Shown here: positions 33,410-43,388 of the stretch, one piece after another | Layout: every line of letters starts with the position of its first letter | Position numbering within the stretch: position 1 is the first letter of the stretch | Origin: an uncultured Chthonomonadaceae bacterium | Lineage (GTDB): Bacteria > Armatimonadota > Chthonomonadetes > Chthonomonadales > Chthonomonadaceae | Assembly: GCA_963835065.1 (NCBI GenBank) | Contig: CAWIEK010000011.1 | Coordinates: 64,001-128,000, forward strand | Reading direction: 5' to 3' | DNA length: 64,000 bases | Notes under the pieces: generated by a model | Databases searched by the model: none | What the model saw: the letters and a program-made list of their open reading frames with translations, nothing else | What the model was told of the DNA's origin: nothing | Made by a program: the position numbers and the translations under genes

Positions 33410-34837
33410 TTGTCAGTTGTTGCTGCGAAACAGGCCGGTAGCGTAAGTCGGGGTAGGGCGCGCGCTCCCGGTCTGGTCACGAATCTGCTGGCGGTGGGTG
33501 GTACAACCGTCTTGATACGCCTGCTGAATTTGGTGATTCTCAGTTATGCGGGGCGTGTGCTTGGGCCGGACAGCTTTGGAAAATGGGGTTTTGCCGTTGC
33601 GGTTGTGGCGTATGCGTCCATGCTGCTGTCGCCGGGAATGGCGCAGTGGGGAACGCGGGCGGTGGCGCAGGATCATGGCCGCGCCAGCCGCACCCTCGTG
33701 GAAATTAACGGCATTCAGTTTGTTCTCGCCTGCCTTGCGTATGCCGGGCTGGTGGGCGCAGCCGCGTGTTTCTGGCAGGATGCGATTTTGCGCCCGTTGA
33801 TTCTGGTGCAGGGCGCGTCGCTGTTTGTGGTGGCGGTTTCGGTAGATTGGGTGTTCAACGGGTTCGAGCAGATGCGCGTTCCCGCCCTGCTCAATCTGCT
33901 GAATTATGCGCTGCAAGTGGCGGGCTATCTGCTGTGGGTGCGGCGTCCCGAACACCTGCTGCGTTTTGCCCTCATCGGCCTGGTATGCAGCCTGTTAACA
34001 ACGCTGATGGGCTATGTCGCCCTGCGCAAACTGGTTCGCCTGGCGTTTGTGGTTCCCGAATGGAAAAGCGTGACAAGTACGCTGCGCCAGTCCCTGCCCC
34101 TGGGCGCGACAATGGCGCTTGCTCTTGCCCTGCGCCACGCCAATACGCTCAGTGTGGAGCATGTCTGCGCGCCCGCGATGTTGGGCTGTTTCCTGGCCGC
34201 GTTTCGCATTTTTGAATTGACGACCACGCTGCCCAATACGCTTGTAGCCGTGTTCCTGCCGCGCCTGGCCCGCCTGGTGACGCATGACCGCGAAGGCGCG
34301 AAGACGCAGGCGCAATTTTTCGCCCGCATCAACATGACGCTCGGCTTCGGCATGGCCGCGCTGGTTGCGGCGGAAGCGCCTGCAATCATTCAACTGATCT
34401 ACGGGACGCGCTACGCCGATGCCGCGCTGCTGCTGCGCGTGATGTCGGTTGGCATTGTTTTCAACCACGCCGTCTTTGGTTACACCAATTGCCTGATTCC
34501 GTTCGGCAAAGACCGCGCCCTATTGCGCTGCGTGGCGGCTTCCGCCTGCCTGTCTTTTGCCGGCAGCCTGCTGCTGGTTCCGCGCATGGGCGCAGTGGGC
34601 GCGGCCCTGACGATTGCGGGATTGGACCTGCTGGCATGGGCGTCCACCCTGCGCGATTACCGCCGCGCCATCGGCGGCCTGCAAATGCAAAATTGGCTCG
34701 CGCCCCTGTGCGGAAGCGTCCTGCTGCTGTGCGCATCCCTGGCATTGCAGCATACGAACATGCCCCTGTTTGCCCGCCTGCCCGTCTGTGTGTTACTGTA
34801 TCTGCCCTGCGCCCTTCCCCTGCTGCGTAAGTCGTAA
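33410..34837 (+). CDS. wzx: oligosaccharide flippase (Wzx)
   Basis: About 12 TM helices, RVLGPDSFG, WVFNGFEQM and GAVGAAL. Lies in a polysaccharide locus. Confidence 0.8.
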   Translation: MSVVAAKQAGSVSRGRARAPGLVTNLLAVGGTTVLIRLLNLVILSYAGRVLGPDSFGKWGFAVAVVAYASMLLSPGMAQWGTRAVAQDHGRASRTLVEINGIQFVLACLAYAGLVGAAACFWQDAILRPLILVQGASLFVVAVSVDWVFNGFEQMRVPALLNLLNYALQVAGYLLWVRRPEHLLRFALIGLVCSLLTTLMGYVALRKLVRLAFVVPEWKSVTSTLRQSLPLGATMALALALRHANTLSVEHVCAPAMLGCFLAAFRIFELTTTLPNTLVAVFLPRLARLVTHDREGAKTQAQFFARINMTLGFGMAALVAAEAPAIIQLIYGTRYADAALLLRVMSVGIVFNHAVFGYTNCLIPFGKDRALLRCVAASACLSFAGSLLLVPRMGAVGAALTIAGLDLLAWASTLRDYRRAIGGLQMQNWLAPLCGSVLLLCASLALQHTNMPLFARLPVCVLLYLPCALPLLRKS

Positions 34838-35036
34838 CTGTCTTGAACCATGATTTATGTGATTTTGATGATTACCATGATTAGGACTGGTACGCCTGGT
34901 CGTCTCTCATTTTAGGCGAGTCAGCATGAAAACGCTGCCAGAACCATGATTTTCAGGATTTATGTGATTATCATGATTGAGGAGGCGCGTTCCTCATGGT
35001 AATCATCAAAATCACATAAATCATGGTTCAAGACAG
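34838..35036. repeat. palindromic element, same family as 32159
   Basis: Perfect 43-bp inverted repeat (34838-34880 / 34994-35036) with an internal extra left arm near 34941. Sits between convergent stops. Confidence 0.9.
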
Positions 35037-35040
35037 CGTT

Positions 35041-36441
35041 TTATGCCGCGAGAACAAGGGCGTAATCGTCCGTTGCGTTCGGCTGTGTATGAGAGGAAGA
35101 AAGCGTTAAGAGGGATTGCATGGGGGTTGGCGTGTGCCAGAGAGTAAGCGGGTCAATCAGTATCTTGGAACGCAGTTGCTCCGAGGGAATCTGGTGAAAG
35201 ACCTCATGGCCTACCAGACCAACGACAATAGCGCTTCTTTCCAGCGCGTGTTCCAGCGTGACGAAATGGAGGTTCGGGTATGCGGCTAAAGCGAGGGGCA
35301 GGCGGCACAGGTGCGGCTCCACAACGTACAACGGCGTGGAGGTAACTGAAGCGAGATGCTCTATGATTTCCATGGCGGGGGACTCGCGTATATCGTCCAC
35401 ATCCGGCTTGTAACTCAGGCCGAGCAGCGCGACGGGTTTGCCGGGATGCTGCCGCATCGTTTGCAGTATCTCGTCGACCACCTGTTGCGGGCGGGCGTTG
35501 TTGATAGCGCGGGCGGCGCGCAGTAAGGGCGCGTGATCGGGCGCGGCGTGGACAATGAACCAGGGGTCAATGGGGATGCAATGCCCGCCGACGCCGATAC
35601 CGGGCGCGTGGATGTTGACGCGGGGATGGTGGTTCGCCAGGCGTATCGCGGCCTGGCTGTCAATGCCCAATTGGGCGCAAATGGCGGCAAGTTCGTTGGC
35701 AAGGGCGATATTTACGTCACGGAACGTGTTTTCCATCAGTTTGCACATTTCCGCGGTGGTGGCGTCAGTGAGAAGCAGTTCGCCGCTTGCAAAGCGGGCG
35801 TACAGGCGGGCCGCGCGCTGCGTTGCCTGGGGCGTTGTGCCGCCGATAACGCGGTCGTTGGCGACAATCTCCTGTAAAATGCGCCCCGGAATCACGCGCT
35901 CCGGGCAATGCGCCAGGTCGTAATCCCGGCCATGCTGCAAGCCTGTCAAACCATAAAGCAGGGGCGCGATCACATTCAGGCAAGTCTTTGGCGGCACGGT
36001 GGATTCCAGCACGATGAGATCGCCGCGTTTCAAAACCGTGGCAACCGTCCGCGTGGCCGCTTCCACATAACTTAAATCTGGCGCAATGGTTCCGTCCGCT
36101 TCCTCAGTAAACGGCGTAGGAACGGCCAGAATATGTACGTCCGCCGGTTCCGGCTGGATGGCGGCGCGAAGCGCGCCGCGCGCAATCGCGGCGTCTACCA
36201 GATGGTTCAGGCCGGGTTCCTGAATATGGACATCGCCCCGATTGATTTTGGCAACCACGTCAGGGCAGATGTCCACTCCTAATACATTACACCCAACCGT
36301 AGCGAACGTGGCCGCTGTGGGCAGCCCGATGTAGCCCAAGCCATAAACATTGATAACCGTTGGCTTGACGCCCACTTCAGTAACCGCTTCAACGATTGGT
36401 TCCAGAATTGATTCCCTGTTGGATGTTCCGCCTCGCTTCAA
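35041..36441 (-). CDS. wecC: nucleotide-sugar dehydrogenase (WecC-like)
   Basis: GLGYIGLP, LAVPTP, HCPERV.PG, KLMENTFRDVNIA and GVGGHCI. Start uncertain. Confidence 0.85.
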   Translation of the reverse strand: MKRGGTSNRESILEPIVEAVTEVGVKPTVINVYGLGYIGLPTAATFATVGCNVLGVDICPDVVAKINRGDVHIQEPGLNHLVDAAIARGALRAAIQPEPADVHILAVPTPFTEEADGTIAPDLSYVEAATRTVATVLKRGDLIVLESTVPPKTCLNVIAPLLYGLTGLQHGRDYDLAHCPERVIPGRILQEIVANDRVIGGTTPQATQRAARLYARFASGELLLTDATTAEMCKLMENTFRDVNIALANELAAICAQLGIDSQAAIRLANHHPRVNIHAPGIGVGGHCIPIDPWFIVHAAPDHAPLLRAARAINNARPQQVVDEILQTMRQHPGKPVALLGLSYKPDVDDIRESPAMEIIEHLASVTSTPLYVVEPHLCRLPLALAAYPNLHFVTLEHALERSAIVVGLVGHEVFHQIPSEQLRSKILIDPLTLWHTPTPMQSLLTLSSSHTQPNATDDYALVLAA

Positions 36442-36750
36442 CGGCGGCTGCGTCCGACCTTCGATGACAGCTTCGATGACTTTGCTCCTCCCGGCTTACG
36501 CGCCGAATGATTCCCTGTAATTATTGGTAAATTCTATCGGGTTTTGAAGCAGGAATGTGTTCCCGCTTGCCTGCATTGCCTTGCAAAGCGTTTTCTGCTG
36601 CCCCGCAGACTTACCGGCCTCTTGGCCTGCATAATTCCCCTTGAATTTGGCGGGCAAGTTGCCAATACTACACTTGGGACGTGTTTGCGCACCTTTCCCC
36701 TGACTGTTGTTACTTTTGCATTTGGTTTCTCCCCACTTCGGAGTTGCATT

Positions 36751-37572
36751 ATGTCCACTGACCCCAAAATATCTGTCGTGATCGCCACCTGGAACCGCGC
36801 GCCATACCTAAAACGGATGCTGGATCGCTTGTTCGAGGACGATTACTCCAATCTGGAAGTGATTGTCGCCGATGGCGGCTCCAATGACGGAACCGTTGAC
36901 GTGTTGAAATCCTATGGCAGCCGCATCGCTTTCTGGCTGTCGGAGCCGGATGAGGGCGAATTTAACGCTTACAACAAAGTGATTCCGCGCGCATCGGGGG
37001 AAATCGTCAAGATCATGACCGACGATGATACCCTGCGTCCCGGAGCCATGCGCCTGGCGGCAGATTTCTTCGCAAAGAACCCCGACATAGACATCATGTT
37101 CGCGCAGGCGGCATTGTGGGAGGAGCGCGACGGCGCATCGCGGTTTCTGTACGAAACCCACATTACCGACCCTGACTGCTTATCCCTGCGCAGTTGGCTG
37201 CGCGGCACGGAGGGAGTTTCCAGTCCCACCGCGTTTGTGCGGCGGCAAGTCTTCGACAAAATCGGCCTGCTGCCGGAAGACTGCGCGTGTGGCGACGTGG
37301 AGTTTTGGACGCGGGCGGCATACAGCGGCCTGCGCATGGGACTGATTCCTAACGTGATTTTCGATTACTACTTTACGGGGCAAAACGGCACGTTTACGCG
37401 AGGCCGCGCCCTGATTAAAGACCGCCTGACGTTCGTGCGCCGCTACGGCAGCCGCAAGGACGTGCTGTGCGTCCGCGCCACCCACGCGGTCGGCAGCCTG
37501 GGCAAAAAAGTTGGCTTTCGCCCCCTGCGCTGGCTGCGGATGTGGAGGTCGAGAAAGTGGCAGGTGGTATGA
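36751..37572 (+). CDS. GT2 glycosyltransferase
   Basis: ISVVIATWN, ADGGSNDGT and a DDD motif. Confidence 0.9.
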   Translation: MSTDPKISVVIATWNRAPYLKRMLDRLFEDDYSNLEVIVADGGSNDGTVDVLKSYGSRIAFWLSEPDEGEFNAYNKVIPRASGEIVKIMTDDDTLRPGAMRLAADFFAKNPDIDIMFAQAALWEERDGASRFLYETHITDPDCLSLRSWLRGTEGVSSPTAFVRRQVFDKIGLLPEDCACGDVEFWTRAAYSGLRMGLIPNVIFDYYFTGQNGTFTRGRALIKDRLTFVRRYGSRKDVLCVRATHAVGSLGKKVGFRPLRWLRMWRSRKWQVV

Positions 37573-38843
37573 ACAAGCGCATTGTATTCCTGCGCGCCAA
37601 CGCGATTGCGCCGTGTCCGCGCGTGGAAAAGCCCGCATTGGCATTGCAGCAGATGGGGTTTGGGGCGCAGATTGTGGGCTGGGATCGGCAGGGCGTGGGG
37701 AGTGAAGCCGCGCGTAATGCGGTTCCTGTCACGCGCCTGGCGATACCTTCGGCGTTTGGCAGCGGCATCCGCAATCTGGTTCCCCTGCTGCGCTGGCATG
37801 GCGCATTAACGCGCTGGCTGTTCGCCAATCGCCGCGAGTATGACGGCATACAGGCGTGTGACCTGGACACGGTTGTCCCCGCGCTGCTGGCAAAAACGCT
37901 GTTAGGCAAGCGCGTGGTCTACGACATTGCCGACTTTTACGTGGAATCGCGCTACATCCCGCGCCCCCTGCAAGCCTTTGTACGCCGCCTGGAATGGTGG
38001 GCCATGCGCCGCGCCGACGCCGTAATCCTCGCCGACGAGAGCCGCCGCGCCCAATTGGGAGCCGTGCAACCCCGCCGGTTGGAGTTTATTTATAACACGC
38101 CGCCCGCGTTAGGAAGAGGGGGAGAAAAGGAGAAGAGGAGAAGAGGAGAAGAGGATTCACAATCGCCAATCGGCAGTCGTCAATCGGTAATGGATTCATC
38201 ACTCATCACTCATCACTCATCACTGTCTTCTCCCTCAACCCTCAACCCTCAACCCTCAACGCTTCGAATCGGCTTCGTCGGCATCCTGTCGGTTGTGCGG
38301 GGACTGGAACAACTGATTGAGGTGGTGGGTCGGAATTGTGGCTGGCATCTTACGCTGGGGGGCTTTGGTGAGGATGAGGCGCGGTTGAAGGCGCGGGCCG
38401 AAGGCGTTGCCAACATTGATTTTCTGGGGCGCGTGGAGTATGCGCGTTGCCTGGAAATCTATGAGGGCGTGGACGCGATTGTGATTACTTACGACCCCGC
38501 TATTCCCAACCATCGCTGTTCCAGTCCTAATAAATTGTTTGAGGCCATGATGCTCGGCAAGCCGGTTGTCGTGGCGGAAAATACGGGCATGGACGCGCTG
38601 GTAAGGCAATACGATCTCGGTCTGGTGGTTCCCTATGGGGATGTGGCTGCATTGGAGCGCGCGCTGGCGGAAATCGCCGGTTGGGATGAGGCGCAAAAAC
38701 AGGCGTTCGCCGAACGCGCCCGCGACACGTACCGACAGCATTTCAGTTGGGAGTTGATGGAGTCCCGGCTGCTTTCCCTCTACGCTTCCGTGTTTAACGC
38801 CCATGATACTTCTGTTCGCTCTGCTATCGCTGCTGCTCGCTAA
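37569..38843 (+). CDS. GT4 glycosyltransferase with in-frame repeat insertion
   Basis: SSPNKLFEAMMLGKPVV; low-complexity insert at 38111-38260. Confidence 0.85.
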   Translation: MNKRIVFLRANAIAPCPRVEKPALALQQMGFGAQIVGWDRQGVGSEAARNAVPVTRLAIPSAFGSGIRNLVPLLRWHGALTRWLFANRREYDGIQACDLDTVVPALLAKTLLGKRVVYDIADFYVESRYIPRPLQAFVRRLEWWAMRRADAVILADESRRAQLGAVQPRRLEFIYNTPPALGRGGEKEKRRRGEEDSQSPIGSRQSVMDSSLITHHSSLSSPSTLNPQPSTLRIGFVGILSVVRGLEQLIEVVGRNCGWHLTLGGFGEDEARLKARAEGVANIDFLGRVEYARCLEIYEGVDAIVITYDPAIPNHRCSSPNKLFEAMMLGKPVVVAENTGMDALVRQYDLGLVVPYGDVAALERALAEIAGWDEAQKQAFAERARDTYRQHFSWELMESRLLSLYASVFNAHDTSVRSAIAAAR

Positions 38844-40098
38844 CGGCTTGCGGTTTGCATCGTTGGCCCGCCCCGCGCTTGGCGCGGCATTGCTGCTGCT
38901 CGGCTATTACGCGGGCTGGCTGTGGCTGCTGCAAACCAATCTGAGCGCGTACAGTCCCGACGGCACGTATGGCAGCGATGCGCGCTACTACTGGCAGTGC
39001 ATGCAAAGCGTGGCGCACGGTTTTACCCGCGCTTCCAACCACGACGGCAGGGTATACGTCTGGTGGGGCGCGCAGATTTTGCAAACCGCGCCCGAAGCCG
39101 TGATCTGGGTGAAAATCGGCAATCTGCTGCTGACGTGCAATGCGTTTTTGTTCGTGTTCGGGCTGATTGCGCGGCGGTTTCCCGACGCCACGCCCCGTAC
39201 AATGCGCCTGCTGTTGTGGACAACCTGGATTGCGTTCGCCAACGGCGTTGTGGTCTGGATGGTGATTCGCAACATCAAGGAAAACCTGCTGCTGGCATTG
39301 CTGACGGGCTATATTGCCGCCGTTGTCAGCATTACGGATAGCGCGCGCCTGAGCCGAACCGCAAAAACGCTATTGATAACGCTGCTGACGGTCAGCGCCG
39401 TGTGGCCTTTGGAAAACATACGTCCGTTCGGGGGCGCGTTCGCTTCCATTTTCCTGGCCGCGCACCTGCTGCGCCTGTGCCTGCTGCAATCGCGCAGCCG
39501 CAAGCGCCGTTTTGTCGGCAAAATGATCCTCGCCGCCGCGGGATTGGGCATAGGACTGCTGACCGTAAAGCCGGATTTGTTTGAAGCGCTTGCGGGCGCG
39601 GAGCGCGTGAAAACCCTGGAAGCGTTCGGAGCCTTGCAGCAAACCACGTCAGGCACGGCGGTGGAAAGCGCGACGCAGGCGTTCGGCAGAACGGGCGCGT
39701 TTCCCTTTTACGTGGTTCGTTTCGTGACGGGGCCGGGACCGATACGCGCCGCGCAGCAATTGGCGACAGGGGATATGTTTGTCGTGTCGGCGCGGGTGGG
39801 GGATGCCGCCGTATTGGAAGGGTGTCTCCAATGGTGGCTTACGCTGGCTATTTGCGGCATGGTCTGGTTTCAGCGCCCGCGCGCCCTGCGCGATACCCTG
39901 CGCCGCACCTACGATATGGCCGCGCCCTCGCTGGCCGTAATCGTCGCGTATTCCTTTATTTATCAGGGCACGGGCGACACGCGGCACAGAGCGTTTTTGT
40001 ACTGCCTGTTAGCCTGCGTCCTCGTTCCCGCGCAAGTGCTGGCCTTGCAGCGCCGTATTGTCACTGCGCCGCAGCGTGAATTGGCGTTCAGCGTTTAA
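38803..40098 (+). CDS. multi-pass membrane protein, probable Wzy polymerase
   Basis: About 10 TM helices and SDARYY/KE motifs. Position in a Wzx locus. Confidence 0.6.
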   Translation: MILLFALLSLLLANGLRFASLARPALGAALLLLGYYAGWLWLLQTNLSAYSPDGTYGSDARYYWQCMQSVAHGFTRASNHDGRVYVWWGAQILQTAPEAVIWVKIGNLLLTCNAFLFVFGLIARRFPDATPRTMRLLLWTTWIAFANGVVVWMVIRNIKENLLLALLTGYIAAVVSITDSARLSRTAKTLLITLLTVSAVWPLENIRPFGGAFASIFLAAHLLRLCLLQSRSRKRRFVGKMILAAAGLGIGLLTVKPDLFEALAGAERVKTLEAFGALQQTTSGTAVESATQAFGRTGAFPFYVVRFVTGPGPIRAAQQLATGDMFVVSARVGDAAVLEGCLQWWLTLAICGMVWFQRPRALRDTLRRTYDMAAPSLAVIVAYSFIYQGTGDTRHRAFLYCLLACVLVPAQVLALQRRIVTAPQRELAFSV

Positions 40099-40169
40099 CG
40101 CCCGAATATATTTGCGTCCATTCGCGTGTATTTGCGGCTAAATTCGTCCCGATGAGAAGGGGTTCTTTG

Positions 40170-41426
40170 ATGAAAACATTACAGATTGTTGGCGATTCCA
40201 AGTTCGGCGGGGCGACGATTTTGCTGCTGGAATGGTGTCGGTTTCTGCGTGAGCAGGGCTGCGAAGTGGATGTGCTGACGACGGACGCGACCACGCGCGA
40301 GCGCCTGCTGGCAATCCCCGGCGTGAAGGTTATTGACGACATTCTGATTCCGCGCGATGTGTCGCCGGGGCAAGACTTACGCGCCTTGACGCAGTTGGTA
40401 GCGCGCCTGCGCCGCAATCGCTATGACGTGGCGCATACGTATACGGCTGTGCCCGGTTTCTTGGGACGGCTGGCCGCGCGCCTGGCGGGCGTACCTGTCA
40501 TTTTGCACCATCAGGCCGGCTGGACAGTCAACGAATTCTCCTCCGGCATCAAGCGCCTTGTGTTTTCGCGCCTGGAATACCTGGCAACCGCCCTGTCCAC
40601 CCGCGCCATCTGCGTCAGCCACGCGACTATGCAGCAGGCGCAAACGGAACGCCTTGCTCCCCTGAGCAAACTCGTCACCATCTGCAACGGCATTGACGCG
40701 GAACCGTTCATTAGGGAACAGGGAACAGGGAACAGGGAACAGGGAACAGAAGACAATGCTGAACGCGGAATGATGAATGATGAATACTATGCAGCATCCC
40801 ACTCATCACTCATCACTCAGCACTCATCACTCCCCAACACCCTCCTCATCGGCAACAGCGGGCGGTTGGCGGCGCAGAAGGACAATGTGACGCTGCTGCG
40901 CGCCCTGCCGATCTTGCAAACCTTGCTGCCCGATACGAACATTCGGCTGCGGTTGGCGGGGGATGGGCCGGAAATGGCGAACTTGCGAACGCTTGCTGAC
41001 GAGTTGGGCTTGACAGAGAGTGTGGAGTTTTTGGGGTTTACCCGCGACATTCCCGCGTTTTTGCAATCGCTGGATGTGTTTGTCAGTCCGTCATTGCGGG
41101 AAGGCTTGTCTATCGCCCTGCTGGAAGCGATGGCTGCCGGATTGCCGATTGTCACCACGTCCATTGCGCCCAACGCGGAATTGATCCAACACGATGTCAC
41201 GGGGCAGATCGTGCCCCTTCGCTCACCGCAGGCGGTTGCGCAGGCGATAGCGCGTTTTGTTGAGAGTACCTCCTTAGCCGAACGCTGTGGGGCTAATGCG
41301 CGCGAACGCGCGGTGAAACGCTACACGATTTCGCGCATGTGCCGCGAAACCTGGGACTTGTACCAAACGCTGTCGGCAGAAAAGCAAACCTACAGCCCAC
41401 CCGCTCACGCCACGCTGCCGGTCTGA
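40170..41426 (+). CDS. GT4 glycosyltransferase with in-frame repeat insertion
   Basis: ICNGID, GRLAAQKD and SLREGLSIALLEAMAAG; insert at 40713-40832. Confidence 0.9.
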   Translation: MKTLQIVGDSKFGGATILLLEWCRFLREQGCEVDVLTTDATTRERLLAIPGVKVIDDILIPRDVSPGQDLRALTQLVARLRRNRYDVAHTYTAVPGFLGRLAARLAGVPVILHHQAGWTVNEFSSGIKRLVFSRLEYLATALSTRAICVSHATMQQAQTERLAPLSKLVTICNGIDAEPFIREQGTGNREQGTEDNAERGMMNDEYYAASHSSLITQHSSLPNTLLIGNSGRLAAQKDNVTLLRALPILQTLLPDTNIRLRLAGDGPEMANLRTLADELGLTESVEFLGFTRDIPAFLQSLDVFVSPSLREGLSIALLEAMAAGLPIVTTSIAPNAELIQHDVTGQIVPLRSPQAVAQAIARFVESTSLAERCGANARERAVKRYTISRMCRETWDLYQTLSAEKQTYSPPAHATLPV

Positions 41427-41448
41427 TTCCGTGGAGGATTGTATTGTA

Positions 41449-42150
41449 ATGGATAGTTCTCATTTGATGGACGAGGTGAATGTCGCAGACGTCGCGCGCA
41501 ACGGCGTCGGGTTGACGGGTTCACCGGAAAGTTCAAGCGAAAAGGGCTTGCGTGTCGCCGGGTGGCAGGCGGGAATGAAGCGCGGGCTGGATATTTCGGT
41601 TTCGCTGCTGCTGCTTGCCGCGCTCAGTCCGCTTCTGCTGCTGATCGGGCTGGCGGTGCGCCTGACTTCCCCCGGCCCCGTTTTGTTTCGCCAGAAGCGG
41701 TTGGGGCGCAAGGGCGCGATCTTTGCGATCTGCAAGTTTCGCACCATGCGCAATGATGCGCCGGACATTCGCAACGCGGACGGCTCGGCGTTCAGCAGCG
41801 AACACGATCCGCGCGTCACGCCGATTGGCAAATGGCTGCGCAAAACCAGCCTGGACGAACTGCCGCAGTTTCTAAATGTGCTGGCGGGCAGTATGAGTCT
41901 GGTCGGCCCGCGTCCCGATCAGGCGGATCAACTGGCGTATTATACGGAAGCGGAAAAACAGCGGTTGGCGGTCAAGCCGGGAATTACGGGATTGGCGCAG
42001 ATCAGCGGGCGCAATCTGCTGTCCTGGGAAGCGCGGAAGCAGTTGGACATTACGTATGTGCGGCAATGGTCGCTGCGTCTCGATCTCATAATTTTGGCGC
42101 GAACTCTGCCGTACGTCCTGCTTCAGCGCGGCGTTAATGCGCAGGGGTAG
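41449..42150 (+). CDS. bacterial sugar transferase (priming phosphoglycosyltransferase)
   Basis: KRGLDI, KFRTM, SLDELPQFLNVL.GSMSLVGPRP and KPGITGLAQ. Confidence 0.92.
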   Translation: MDSSHLMDEVNVADVARNGVGLTGSPESSSEKGLRVAGWQAGMKRGLDISVSLLLLAALSPLLLLIGLAVRLTSPGPVLFRQKRLGRKGAIFAICKFRTMRNDAPDIRNADGSAFSSEHDPRVTPIGKWLRKTSLDELPQFLNVLAGSMSLVGPRPDQADQLAYYTEAEKQRLAVKPGITGLAQISGRNLLSWEARKQLDITYVRQWSLRLDLIILARTLPYVLLQRGVNAQG

Positions 42151-42234
42151 CCGTCGCCCTTCGGCTGTAGAAACGCATTGTTACCCATGAGCATTGCCCG
42201 TCGTGCCAATGCAGAAACAGAAAAGAGCAGAGTT

Positions 42235-43233
42235 ATGCTAAATATGGAGCCTTACGAAGTAGATATGTGGCCTTGCGTGGCGAAATTGTTGGCGCAATGG
42301 AAATACATGCCGTATGCGCAAAGTCGCTATGGAGTGGCGGCAGCGACATCGTTATGGTTGGAGCGGACGGAGAAGGTTCTTGGTAATTCATCCGCACAAG
42401 CGCTGGTGGCGATGGACGCGGACGCGCCCATTGGTTTGGGCGTCCTGACGCCGCTGCCCTGGGATGGCGAGCAGATCGGCATGGCGGCGGCGCGGCTGGA
42501 CTGCTTAATCGCAAGCGGCGATTATACGCGGCGGCATGACATTCTTGATATGCTGATTGCGCGACTGGTGACGGAAGCGGAGCGGCAGAACATTCGTCAT
42601 CTGAGCGCGCGCATTGACGCCGGCAACCTTGCCGCCACTCATGCTTTGGAACAAGCGGGTTTGCAGATGATGGACGGCTTGCTCACGTTTGCGCTGGATT
42701 TAACGACTGCGCCCCTACCGGAAAATGCCAACGCGCAGCCCGCACAGGAACGCTCATTCCACTTGCGGCTGGCGACGGCGGAAGATGCGGAACGGGCGGG
42801 GCAATTGGCCTACGGCGCGTATCAGCATGACCGCTTTCATGCCGACCCCGCTATTGCGCCGGAAAAGGCGGACGCGCTTCATGCCTGCTGGGTGCGCAAT
42901 GCGTGTCGCGGGCATGCGGCGGATGGGGTTATTCTGGCCGAAGAAGGAAACGAACTGCTCGGTTTTGTCACCTGCAAACTGCATCGGGACGCGCAGGCGC
43001 ATTTCGGCGCGGCAACGGGAACCATCGCGCTTGTCGCTGTCGCAGAAGCGGCGCGTGGCTTCGGCATAGGGCGGGCAATGACAATGGAAGCCCTGCGCTG
43101 GATGCGGGGGCAGGGCGTGGAACTGGCGGAAGTCGGCACACAGATAAGCAACATCAGCGCAAGCCGCCTGTATGAGCAATGCGGGTTTCGGCTGGCCGGC
43201 AGCAGCCTGACGTTTCACAAGCTGCTGATTTGA
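42235..43233 (+). CDS. GNAT acetyltransferase, WecD/RffC-like
   Basis: LPWD..., DRFHADP, ARGFGIGR and VGTQISN..A.RLYEQCGF. Confidence 0.8.
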   Translation: MLNMEPYEVDMWPCVAKLLAQWKYMPYAQSRYGVAAATSLWLERTEKVLGNSSAQALVAMDADAPIGLGVLTPLPWDGEQIGMAAARLDCLIASGDYTRRHDILDMLIARLVTEAERQNIRHLSARIDAGNLAATHALEQAGLQMMDGLLTFALDLTTAPLPENANAQPAQERSFHLRLATAEDAERAGQLAYGAYQHDRFHADPAIAPEKADALHACWVRNACRGHAADGVILAEEGNELLGFVTCKLHRDAQAHFGAATGTIALVAVAEAARGFGIGRAMTMEALRWMRGQGVELAEVGTQISNISASRLYEQCGFRLAGSSLTFHKLLI

Positions 43234-43388
43234 AAATAGCCGCGAATGAACACGAATAGGCGGTATGATTTTAGCCATAGTTGTGTCCTGCATAGTAAAG
43301 AACATTCCTGCAATATCTCTATGCGCGTTTTCTTAGCGTTCCTGGCGCGTATGCAGGAGAGCATGGGATGAATGGCTAATAGGCAGTC

